Positions 15,681 through 24,243 of a stretch of DNA of 32,000 nt are shown piece after piece. The stretch spans positions 1,230,001-1,262,000 of the forward strand of contig NC_003551.1 in NCBI RefSeq assembly GCF_000007185.1, in the 5' to 3' direction. Both the position numbers and the translations under genes were made by a program. Positions within the stretch are counted from its first letter, which is position 1, and each line of letters opens with the position of its first letter. Under the pieces are notes generated by a model. That model worked only from the letters and a program-made list of their open reading frames with translations, was not told where the DNA came from and searched no databases. The stretch comes from Methanopyrus kandleri AV19. GTDB lineage: Archaea > JAADCQ01 > Methanopyri > Methanopyrales > Methanopyraceae.

Positions 15681-18527
15681 TCATCCGCCCAGCAACCTCC
15701 GCCTCTGCTTCACCTCCCTCATCTTCTTCAGGACGAGGGCGGCGTACTTCAGCTCCGGGTAACGCTCGTCGAGTTCTCCCTCGTCCTCGACCTCCTCGAG
15801 CCTGTACTCCCTGAGCCTGGCCAGGGCCCGGGCGATGGGTTCGAACAGCTCCTCGTGCTCGAAGGCCACCTCTAGGGCGGTCCTCATGTCGAGTTCGTCT
15901 CCCTCGCGCGTGAGCGCGGTGAGTACCGCGTGGAGCGCGTCCACCTGGTTGTTCACGCGGCCCGGTTTCCTGGACTCGAAGTCGTCCAGGATGGCGACGG
16001 TCCCCCTGTCCCTGGTCGACGATACCCTGACTAGCTTGCCCTTGGCGTCGGGTCGCCTCCGGTACTCGTACTTGTTCAGCGGGAAGTCCGTGGCGTGGGC
16101 GAGCATGAGCACGTCCTCGTAGTCGGGAGCCTCGCTGGGCTCCTTCGGGTACCCCCAGAAGAACCGGTACAGGAAGTAGAACCTACCCGCCTCGTCGAGG
16201 TCCTCGAAGCCGGGGGTCTCGCCGATCGTCTCCTCGAACTGGTCGGCGATGGCCTCGGGCACGGCCCGGTAAGCCTCCTCCATGACCTCCTCGGGCGAGA
16301 CCTCGACCTCCTCGTCGCCCCTCGACCTGAGGACCTTATCGTACCGCGTGTACGGGCGTAGGGCGGCGCCGCGGGCCACGACCAGGCGCTCGGCGTCGGA
16401 GAACACGAGGTCGGCGGCCCTCCTGAACGCCTCCCGAACGTTCCGGCGGACCTCGTCCCTCACGCGACGCCACGTGGTCACCTCGCTCCCCGAGCGCGGG
16501 CGGCACGCGATGATCTGGGTCGTGCCCACGGCCGCCTTCCAACGCTGGTGGAGCGAGTGTTCAGACTCCGTTCTCACTGGCCATACTTCCGTGATCTCGA
16601 ACCCCGCGTCCCGCAGGGCTCGGACCAGCGAGGTCCAGGCCTCCGTGGCCTTGTGCGTGAACATTAGGGTTAATCGTCCGTGCTCGGGGAGGACTTCCCT
16701 GCAGGCTTCGAGGAATTCTCGAAGTCCTCGCTCGTACTCCCGCTCGGGGTCGTCGTGCCGGGTTCTGTTGGCGACGATCTCCTCGTCCTTGGGCGTCAGC
16801 TCGTTCGAAAACGCGCGTTGGAACTCCATGGCACTCTCCGGCGAGGATCTCGATATGGTGACGAGGAACGTCGGGTGTCCGAACAGGCGTTTCAACCATA
16901 CGTAGAAGAAGTCGGCGAGTTCCGCGTACTGAACGTTGTCGTAGTAAGGTGGGTCGACGACGATCGCGTCGACGCTTTCCACGCCTAGGTTCCTTAGGTG
17001 CTGAGGTAGGGCTCTAGCGTCTCCTAGGATCACCTCAACATCTCCATCAACGCCTGACAGTGCTTGAGAGATCTGTCTGAACGCTTTGAGTACATTCGGT
17101 GCGGCCCAGTACCAGCCACCGTCCTCCGCGAGCACGTTCATCTCGCCGTAGTCCCAAGCCCACGAGTACGCGTGCTGGTCGAAGATGCCTTTGACAACTC
17201 CGCGAGTGTACTCCCATCGCGAGCAGATCGTGTTGTAGTTGATCATCTTGTCGAAGGCTATCATCGCGTAGACGGTGAGCGGCTCGCGGTACTCGTCGTC
17301 TAAACCCCCGCTCAACTCCCGGATCACGCGGAGTAACTCCGCGTGCACGAGCAACTGTCTCTCGTTGAACAGCTTGTAGAAGCTGTCGATCCCGCGAAGC
17401 CTGGGCTCCCTAGTCTTCTCACCCTCCGGAATTTCCTCGGTCGGGATGAGGTCCTCGGCGACCAGCTCGTCCCACCGCTCGAACAACTCCTCCCGCGCCC
17501 GCTCGAAGAACTCCAGATCCCGATCGGTGGCGGCGCGGTACTCCTTCCCCCTACCCGAGCCCTCCACGATCGCGGCCAGGTAGGCGCGGACGAACCCGTG
17601 CTCGTCCTCGAAGTGCCTGCGGGAAAGCCGGTGCACTTGTTCCCGTTGGATCGTCGTTCCGCACCGCGGGCAGGTCACCGCCCCTCGACTAACGGTACCC
17701 CGGCCCGGGTCGAACCCATCTTCCCGAGCTTCGGAGTACCTAACTACGTCGAACCCGACTTCGTTACCCTCACCCTCTTCGGGCACGTCCGGTAAGATGA
17801 CCAGCGACTCCTCCGGCTTACCCCGCTTCCTCAACAACCACCAGTTCGGGCGGGTAGGTACCTTCAACCCGCACCTCGGGCACTCGATCCACTTGATCCA
17901 AACGTAGGCGCGATCGTTATCACCGTAGAACTCGCCCACGCGCTGCTCGAGCTCTTTGCGGATCTCCGCGAAGAACCCGCGCATCTTCTCGAGGAGTTCG
18001 CCCCCGTACTCGACCGGGTACTCGAGCGTGGCCTTGAGCACGAGCCACGCGACCGGGTTCAGCTCGCCTGCGACCACCCGACAACCGAGCCTCAACGCCT
18101 CGAACGGGATCGACCCACCACCCGCCATCGGATCCACGACCAACGGTCTCTCGGAACCCGTGGCCTCTCGGTACATACGTCGAAGGGTCACGCCGTGACC
18201 CTCATCTCGAGCATCACCCGGAATGAACTGTCGCAGATCCGCGCCCTTGCTCGACGTGTCGGCGTGGGAACCCGTCACGGGAGTGTACTTCCAGGAGGCC
18301 TGATCCTCCCCAACGTGAAGGATCTCTAGGAGTTCATCCTCATCGGCATCAACTGGGACCAAGGTGGTGAGCACGGCAGCCCTGGACGCTGACAGCGGCC
18401 GCCTCGCCCACCACACGTGAATGTACTGCAGTGGTGGTCTACCCGTGATCGGCATCTCCCTAGCCACCTCGTCCGTAACGTCCCTGGCGGGGAACCGTTC
18501 GTCGATCTTCCTGTCCCGAGTGGGCAC
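15681..18527 (-). CDS. DNA methyltransferase with N-terminal DUF1156-type domain and Zn-ribbon (COG1743-like, N6-A/N4-C class)
   Basis: 948 aa, GTG start. N-terminus ...PLQYIHVWWARRPLSASRAAVL; SAM motif VVDPMAGGGSIPFEALRLG; catalytic motif AIVVDPPYYDNVQY; two zinc knuckles (ECPRCGLKVP and TCPRCGTTIQ). Confidence 0.9.
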   Translation of the reverse strand: MPTRDRKIDERFPARDVTDEVAREMPITGRPPLQYIHVWWARRPLSASRAAVLTTLVPVDADEDELLEILHVGEDQASWKYTPVTGSHADTSSKGADLRQFIPGDARDEGHGVTLRRMYREATGSERPLVVDPMAGGGSIPFEALRLGCRVVAGELNPVAWLVLKATLEYPVEYGGELLEKMRGFFAEIRKELEQRVGEFYGDNDRAYVWIKWIECPRCGLKVPTRPNWWLLRKRGKPEESLVILPDVPEEGEGNEVGFDVVRYSEAREDGFDPGRGTVSRGAVTCPRCGTTIQREQVHRLSRRHFEDEHGFVRAYLAAIVEGSGRGKEYRAATDRDLEFFERAREELFERWDELVAEDLIPTEEIPEGEKTREPRLRGIDSFYKLFNERQLLVHAELLRVIRELSGGLDDEYREPLTVYAMIAFDKMINYNTICSRWEYTRGVVKGIFDQHAYSWAWDYGEMNVLAEDGGWYWAAPNVLKAFRQISQALSGVDGDVEVILGDARALPQHLRNLGVESVDAIVVDPPYYDNVQYAELADFFYVWLKRLFGHPTFLVTISRSSPESAMEFQRAFSNELTPKDEEIVANRTRHDDPEREYERGLREFLEACREVLPEHGRLTLMFTHKATEAWTSLVRALRDAGFEITEVWPVRTESEHSLHQRWKAAVGTTQIIACRPRSGSEVTTWRRVRDEVRRNVREAFRRAADLVFSDAERLVVARGAALRPYTRYDKVLRSRGDEEVEVSPEEVMEEAYRAVPEAIADQFEETIGETPGFEDLDEAGRFYFLYRFFWGYPKEPSEAPDYEDVLMLAHATDFPLNKYEYRRRPDAKGKLVRVSSTRDRGTVAILDDFESRKPGRVNNQVDALHAVLTALTREGDELDMRTALEVAFEHEELFEPIARALARLREYRLEEVEDEGELDERYPELKYAALVLKKMREVKQRRRLLGG

Positions 18528-18592
18528 GCGCCCTCCCCTCCGACTCCCTTTTTACGTAGCGTCCAATCCACAACTTACCTCGGGGTTAAGTC
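18528..18592. promoter_or_regulatory. 65-bp divergent promoter region between the methyltransferase and the DUF499 ATPase
   Basis: The two genes start back-to-back (GTG 18527 on the minus strand, TTG 18593 on the plus strand). The spacer contains the only A/T-rich stretch available for TATA function (CCCTTTTTACGTAGC). Confidence 0.5.
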
Positions 18593-20761
18593 TTGAGCGG
18601 CGGGGACCTCCCCTCGGTCTTCGACGTCTTCGAGCCGACGGAGCACGCGATCAACAGGAACAAGAACGTCCTGAGCGTGGAACTATCACACGTGGAACGG
18701 GAGGGTACCCCCGAGTCCGACCCCGAGAAGTTCCTGGCGCTGACCGTCCCGACCGAGGGGCTAGTGAACACCGTCGTGAGCGCGTTGAAACGCGTGGCCG
18801 GACTGGAAGGAGGCGAGCCCGTCCAGTACATGACGGAACGCTACGGCGGCGGCAAAACCCACGTCCTCGTCACCCTCTACCACCTGGCGACGAGCGAGAG
18901 GGCTAGGGAACTCCTCCTGGAGAGGGCCCGAGGTTACGTGGACGAGCGGCGACTGGAGGAGTTGGAGGAAGTCCTGTCGGCCCTCGAGGGGAAGGACGTG
19001 CGGGTCGTCGTGTTGGACGGCGATTCCGTGAGCGAGCCCAGGTGGTGGGTGGAACTGGCCGAACGGGTCGACCCGGAGCTCGCGGAGGAGTGGCGTTCTC
19101 GGGACATGACCCCCTCGAAGGGCGACGTCGAGGAGCTCCTGGATCGCGCGCTGGACGGGGTGGACGGCGTTCTCCTGTTGTTGGACGAGGTGACTGGAAT
19201 GTTGATCCGGTCGGGCGAGGAGATGGACCGTGGTCTCGAGTTCTTGAAGATCCTGGCGAGGGTGGTGGGTAAGGCGGACGCTCCCGTGGCGATGGTGGTC
19301 TCGGCGCCGAAGGGTAGTGGCGAGGTACAGCGGCAGTTGGAACGGTTGAAGGAGGAGGGCGAGGTCGAGTCCGAGGCGGTGTTGCGCGAGGAGGTGCACG
19401 ACGTCGGGGAGGAGGCGGTCGAGCAGCTGGACCGCGTGGGAGAGGAGAGGATCCCCGTGAGCGACGTGGAAGAGGCCGCGGAGATCGCCAAGGTATGGCT
19501 CCTACGCCCGAGGGAGGACGTCGACGTGGAGGAGGCGCGGGAAGCGGTCGTCGAGGCGTACGAGGAGTTGACCTCCGAGCTCGCGGGCACGGAAGGCATC
19601 CCGCGAGACGAAGCGGCGAACGCGGTGAGGCGGTTGCGCGAGACGTACCCGTTCCACCCCAGGCTCTTGGAAGTCCTGAGGAGCGTCACGAGGGAGGAGC
19701 CCTACCAGCTGACGCGTAGCTACCTGGAGATCCTCATGCAGGTCGTCGGGTACGCGTTCGATAGGTGGAAGGAGGGCGAGTGGGAGGCTCCGGTGTTCGA
19801 CCTCGGGGACGTGTTCCTGGACGAGACGGAGGTCGAGGAGGCCGTGGTGAAGCCCGAGGGTTGGGAGGAGCCGGCGGGCGACCTCAGGGAGAAGCTGGAC
19901 GACCTGGTGGAGAAGGAGGGCGAGTTGGCGCGCCGCCTCGCGTACGCCCTGTTCGTGCGCAGTCTCGTCCCGGACTCCAGGAAGAGAGGTGCGACGCCGA
20001 AGGACCTCCTGTTGGACGTGGCCAGGCCCGGGGAGGGCGTGGAACTGTCCGACGTGGAGAGGGCGCTCGAACCCATGGAGGACACGCTCTTCTACCTGCA
20101 CAGGGAGGGGGAGCGGTACTACTTCGACAGGACCATGAACGTCTCTTCCGTGATCCAGTCCTACATGCCGAGGGAGGAGCGGGTCGGTTGGAACCGGGCC
20201 AGGGAGGAACTGGAGAGGGAGCTGAGGAGTATCGGGGGCCTGGGACGGGACGCGCTGGTCCTGTGGGAGGACGAGGAGGAACTGTTGAACAAGCTTCGAG
20301 AACCCAAGCCACGCGTCGTCGTACTACCACCGTGGGAGGGTGAGGAGCGGGCCGAGGAGCTCTGGGAGAAGGCCGAGATGGAGAACGCCCCAGTCTTCCT
20401 GGTCTTCCAGGACAAAGGGCGCGAGAGGCGGCTCCTGAACGCCGCCCTGAGGTTATCGGCCGTCGAGAGGGCGCTGAGGTCCGACGACAAGCTCGCCCGG
20501 GAGCACGGGAAGGAGCTCAGGAGGAAGGAGGAGGAGTACCGGAACAGGGTGCGGAAGCTCCTCCGCGAGGGTTACACGATCCTGCGGTACCCTTCCGAGG
20601 GCGGGTTGGCGAGGGAGATGTTCAGTGTCGAGGAGGGGAGGAGTCTGGGGAGTGCTCTCGGGGAGAAGTTGGAGGAGATCGGGTTCCTCGAGCCGGGTGA
20701 AGAACCCGGGGATGTTCGTGTCGGAGGGGTTGGTGGAGAAGCGCGTGGAGATGATGCCTAA
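18593..20761 (+). CDS. P-loop ATPase of the DUF499 (BrxC/PglY-like) family, N-terminal two thirds
   Basis: 722 aa. DPEKFLALTVPTEGL, then Walker A MTERYGGGKTHVLVTLYHLA, Walker B GVLLLLDEV, and ETYPFHPRLLEVL, which I recognise as typical of DUF499-type ATPases. Divergent from the methyltransferase. Confidence 0.8.
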   Translation: MSGGDLPSVFDVFEPTEHAINRNKNVLSVELSHVEREGTPESDPEKFLALTVPTEGLVNTVVSALKRVAGLEGGEPVQYMTERYGGGKTHVLVTLYHLATSERARELLLERARGYVDERRLEELEEVLSALEGKDVRVVVLDGDSVSEPRWWVELAERVDPELAEEWRSRDMTPSKGDVEELLDRALDGVDGVLLLLDEVTGMLIRSGEEMDRGLEFLKILARVVGKADAPVAMVVSAPKGSGEVQRQLERLKEEGEVESEAVLREEVHDVGEEAVEQLDRVGEERIPVSDVEEAAEIAKVWLLRPREDVDVEEAREAVVEAYEELTSELAGTEGIPRDEAANAVRRLRETYPFHPRLLEVLRSVTREEPYQLTRSYLEILMQVVGYAFDRWKEGEWEAPVFDLGDVFLDETEVEEAVVKPEGWEEPAGDLREKLDDLVEKEGELARRLAYALFVRSLVPDSRKRGATPKDLLLDVARPGEGVELSDVERALEPMEDTLFYLHREGERYYFDRTMNVSSVIQSYMPREERVGWNRAREELERELRSIGGLGRDALVLWEDEEELLNKLREPKPRVVVLPPWEGEERAEELWEKAEMENAPVFLVFQDKGRERRLLNAALRLSAVERALRSDDKLAREHGKELRRKEEEYRNRVRKLLREGYTILRYPSEGGLAREMFSVEEGRSLGSALGEKLEEIGFLEPGEEPGDVRVGGVGGEARGDDA

Positions 20762-22061
20762 GGAGGTCCTGAAGAACGCGTACTCCAAGCCCGGGTGCCC
20801 GTGGTGTCGGGAAGAGGACGTGATCGCGATGATCGTCAAGGGGTGCGAGGAGGGCTTCTTCGTGGTGGACACGGGTAAGGCACGGTTCTTCCTGAGGCGA
20901 CCGAAGGGCGTGGACTCCAAGGCGAGGTTCGGGCATCCGACGGTACTGCACCCTCCGGTGGGATGGACGGCGGACTTCATGGGGGCTGACGAGACCGTCA
21001 AGGACTTCCTGGACGACGTGATGAAAAGGTTGGAGGAACCGAGGAACACGAACTGGAGCGAGGAGGAGAGGTGGCTCTCGGACGACGAACTGCTCGAGTT
21101 GGTGAGAGAGGACCTCCCTCAGGGGTTGGATAGGGCCGGGTTGGTGCTCCGGCATCAGGACGAGGGAGGGATCGTCGGGCCCGGGGATCTGGAGGAGGAC
21201 AAGGATCTCCTGGAGGCCGTCCTGGAGGAGCCGAACGCTTGGGTCTTCGAGGAGTTGAAGGTGACGAGGCTGGTGTCGGACGAGGTGCGTCGGGAGGGTA
21301 GTATCGCGAGGAGGGAACTGGTCCGGCGGTTGTCGCAGAGGTTCGGGCTGGAGGAGAGTCGGGTGAACGGTGCCATCAGCCGGTTGGTGCAAGACGGTGA
21401 GTTGGAGGAGGACGGTGGGATCGTGAGCGTGCCGTCCGAGGCGGAGGTGACTGTGGACGACGTCGTGGGCGTTGTGGAGAAGAAGGGTGAGGCCACGCTG
21501 GACGTGCTCGCGAGCAGGCTCGGGGTTAACCCGGCGTTCGTGGAGCCCGCGGTCGTGGAGGGTGTGAAACGCGGTCGCCTGGTCGTGTACCGCGGTGATC
21601 GACCGTTACGGGACCTGGAGTCGGTGAGTGAGGGTGTGCGGGTCGGACTGCCGGAGGAGCGGGTCGAGGTCGGGTACGCGGGAGATCCGGTGGATTTCGC
21701 GAGGGAGGTCGCGGACGCGGTGTTGATCGTGGGAGGGCGTGCTCGGGTGCAGCTCGAACTGGAGAGTGTGAAGGGCCTGGACTACGTCGATACCGAGTAC
21801 CTGGCCAGGTTTGAGGAGGTCCGGGTGAGGATCGAGGTGGAGGGTGGCGTGCTGGAAGGTGAGAAGAAGGGGGTCAGTCCGCGGAACGACGGGTGGTGGA
21901 TCGCGGTCAGGCTGGCCGCGGGCCAAGCGAGCGGCGCGGAACTCCACCTCACCGGCCGATTCGACCGGGACTCACTGACCGACTTCGAAGAATCCGTCAG
22001 AGAGCTCGCGGATGCCCTGGACCCTGAAGAAGCGCATGCCGTAGTGGAGAAGGTCGATTGA
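20712..22061 (+). CDS. C-terminal module of the DUF499 ATPase as a separate or overlapping ORF (wHTH-like repeats); start ambiguous
   Basis: In-frame ATGs lie at 20712 (MFVSEGLVEK), 20751 and 20754 (MMPKEVLKN), all overlapping the end of the upstream ORF (stop 20759-20761). The translation is protein-like with two wHTH-looking segments (IARRELVRRLSQRFGLEESRVNGAISRLVQDGELEE; ATLDVLASRLGVNPAFVEPAVVEGVKRGRLVVY). Confidence 0.7.
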   Translation: MFVSEGLVEKRVEMMPKEVLKNAYSKPGCPWCREEDVIAMIVKGCEEGFFVVDTGKARFFLRRPKGVDSKARFGHPTVLHPPVGWTADFMGADETVKDFLDDVMKRLEEPRNTNWSEEERWLSDDELLELVREDLPQGLDRAGLVLRHQDEGGIVGPGDLEEDKDLLEAVLEEPNAWVFEELKVTRLVSDEVRREGSIARRELVRRLSQRFGLEESRVNGAISRLVQDGELEEDGGIVSVPSEAEVTVDDVVGVVEKKGEATLDVLASRLGVNPAFVEPAVVEGVKRGRLVVYRGDRPLRDLESVSEGVRVGLPEERVEVGYAGDPVDFAREVADAVLIVGGRARVQLELESVKGLDYVDTEYLARFEEVRVRIEVEGGVLEGEKKGVSPRNDGWWIAVRLAAGQASGAELHLTGRFDRDSLTDFEESVRELADALDPEEAHAVVEKVD

Positions 22062-22504
22062 GACGGTGAGCGAGGACTACGGGTCGGAACTACCATCCTC
22101 TTCGTCACCATCTCTACTTATCCTGAAGCTTACGGATTCCCTGACCGATTAATCCAAGTGCTAGACCTTCTAGTTAACCACTCTCAAGCCTTTATTCATA
22201 AGTATAAGTATATGAACTATCTCTGTCATTTTGATTCAAGTCAGAACAAGCGGTAATAGAGTTATCTTCCCCACATTCACTTCAGTTTTCTCACCTAAGT
22301 TCAACATCTTCATGTAGGTGATCAATATCTCCTTAACTGTTACAACTTCGCCATTTAGGGTTAACATAAAGCTTCTTTCGTACCTACTTAGCCAACATTA
22401 TTTCTTAGAAATAGGCAGAATATGGAAGGTTCAAAATATAACAGTTTCATACCATTAATCTTTATATATGACACATATGATACTCTTAGATGGGGTGAAT
22501 ATCC

Positions 22505-22828
22505 ATGTTCATTCTCGAATTTGGGGTTGAATATAGCTTAGGATCACCGACTATTCGATATGTATGCAGAGTCTACTACTCACCAACATTCAGCATCCAA
22601 CCTACATTCCAATTCGCGACAGAGTACTTTAGTAATACTTCGTTACTGCACCTTTTACTGACTATAGAAACTATCTCAAAACTTAGCAGTATCGAAAGTA
22701 AACTATACCACATCGAAAGTAAACTAAGCTTCCGGAATACTTTACTACAGAATGTAATCTCGAACTGGCTTTCACCGATACTGCCACCAATTCCCGAAGT
22801 GATCAAGATACTACTAGGTAGTTGGTGA
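22505..22828 (+). CDS. Questionable 107-aa hydrophobic ORF inside the AT-rich spacer
   Basis: A 107-codon open frame in ~30-35% G+C DNA is unlikely by chance. However, the antisense frame (22576-22854) is also open, and the ORF contains the 15-bp direct repeats (IESKL x2). No RBS or family recognised. Confidence 0.3.
   Translation: MFILEFGVEYSLGSPTIRYVCRVYYSPTFSIQPTFQFATEYFSNTSLLHLLLTIETISKLSSIESKLYHIESKLSFRNTLLQNVISNWLSPILPPIPEVIKILLGSW
22691..22726. repeat. Two perfect 15-bp direct repeats, 21-bp period
   Basis: ATCGAAAGTAAACTA occurs at 22691-22705 and again at 22712-22726. Confidence 0.9.
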
Positions 22829-23094
22829 TCACACGGTGTCAAACTTCCATCCACTACCGTCTTTTATGAGTCCAGGGACGTAGTCCCACCCGGACTAGTT
22901 TTTCACTCACTTCCCTCTTTCTCCTCACCTCACGGTCCGATATCTCAGGTGCTAGCGGTAGGGAGTGGAGAAATTGAACATCAGCTTCCGGCCCATGTTG
23001 GGCAGTTCCGGCTGTAAGATTTCCGTCCGATTAGTACGTAGAACACGTTCGAATACGTTCCACTTAGGATAGACACAACGCCCTCAATGGATGG

Positions 23095-23589
23095 GTGGAG
23101 TTTGGCATCAAGGTAACTACGCCGCCCGTCCCACCCCCGGAGTCCGACGGGAGGGCCGAGACCCTCGAGGAGGGTAACTGGTCGTACGAGACGCGCACGT
23201 ACTACGTCCGCCTCCGGGACGACCGACTGGGAACCGAGGTGGGGAAGGGCTCCGCCGAGTACGCCGTGCACGCGCTCACCCACGCCCTCAGGGTCACCGA
23301 GGGTTACCCGCCCGCCCACGTCCGGCACGCCGTCGACGAGGAATCGATCTTCCTCTACGAGCTACCGGCGGCTGTCCTCCCCCACCTGGACTGGGAGTCC
23401 GCGGTCCGGGAGGCCGAGCGCACGCGCCTGGAGCCCGAGCGGCTCCGGCTCCCGACCTGTCCGTGGCCGAGGGGCTCACCGAGGGTCTCCCGACCCCTCG
23501 TCCGCCGCTACCTTCGGCGGTTGCTAGACCTCCTAAAGCGACTCTCCCTGCACGTGCATGGCGCGGTTACCGAACCCTCAAAGCACTAA
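23095..23589 (+). CDS. Hypothetical protein
   Basis: 164-aa ORF, GTG start. Protein-like N-terminal two thirds (NWSYETRTYYVRLRDDRLGTEVGKGSAEYAVHALTHALRVTEGYPPAHVRHAVDEESIFLYELP). The tail is basic. It is the first GC-rich gene after the AT-rich spacer. Confidence 0.5.
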   Translation: MEFGIKVTTPPVPPPESDGRAETLEEGNWSYETRTYYVRLRDDRLGTEVGKGSAEYAVHALTHALRVTEGYPPAHVRHAVDEESIFLYELPAAVLPHLDWESAVREAERTRLEPERLRLPTCPWPRGSPRVSRPLVRRYLRRLLDLLKRLSLHVHGAVTEPSKH

Positions 23590-23701
23590 CAGCCAACACA
23601 ACAGACCTAAGCTATTGCTAAACCACCAAACTATCCCACTAAGTTGCGCCCGTGTGATAATTCATCAGATTTGACAACCTAAAGGAAATTCTCGAAATTT
23701 C

Positions 23702-23731
23702 TAGCAACCCTACCGAAAGTTGCTAATATAT
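23702..23731 (+). promoter_or_regulatory. Palindromic operator overlapping the BRE/TATA of the wHTH gene
   Basis: Perfect inverted repeat TAGCAAC (23702-23708) / GTTGCTA (23719-23725) with a 10-nt spacer. The right arm runs into TAATATAT (23724-23731), about 30 nt before ATG 23762. Related half-sites are ATTGCTAAA (23614-23622) and AAGTTGCGCC (23641-23650). Confidence 0.55.
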
Positions 23732-23761
23732 CTCCCTCCTTTAGTAGGAAGAGGGCTGAGA

Positions 23762-24154
23762 ATGCTCGAGGAACGCGAGCTTGAGGAGCTTGCTAAAGCT
23801 CTGAAACGGGGAGAACTGGACAAAACCGGCGCCGTGCTCGGCTTGCTCTATCTAGCGTACGTTGAGACAGGCGGACATGGAGGCATGACAGCTGACGATG
23901 TAGTACGAGTTTTACAGGAATCAGGATACGACATAACTAAAGAGAGATTCTACTCGCTCGCCTCCCAGTTGATGAAGAAAGGCTACATAGAATCTCACAA
24001 AATCAATGGACGTAGGGTTATCTACACGATCAACAGCGACAGTGAGTACGAGGTGGAACAGAAACTACGCGAGAGACTCGAGAAATCCGCCCCGACGGCT
24101 GAGCGTGTAAGCGCAGAGGAGATGCGGAGAATACTGGATAGGCACTCGACTTGA
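23762..24154 (+). CDS. Small winged-helix DNA-binding protein (PadR/MarR-like fold)
   Basis: 130 aa from ATG 23762; the track start TTG 23720 lies inside the TATA box and is unlikely. MTADDVVRVLQESGYDITKERFYSLASQLMKKGYIESHKINGRRVIYTI gives a helix-turn-helix plus beta-wing pattern. Confidence 0.7.
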   Translation: MLEERELEELAKALKRGELDKTGAVLGLLYLAYVETGGHGGMTADDVVRVLQESGYDITKERFYSLASQLMKKGYIESHKINGRRVIYTINSDSEYEVEQKLRERLEKSAPTAERVSAEEMRRILDRHST

Positions 24155-24243
24155 GGGAAAGCGCGGCCCCGTGTGGGACGGTGGTTTAATTTTCTCGGCC
24201 CTCATGGTACCAATTAGGAGAAGTTGTTGGGGATTGTCTTGTT

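Noticed and set aside
22576-22854. 92-aa minus-strand ORF in the AT-rich spacer.
   Set aside because: It is antisense to the slightly longer 22505-22828 ORF, and neither has supporting signals. At most one can be real, and possibly neither is. Only the plus-strand ORF is listed, at low confidence.
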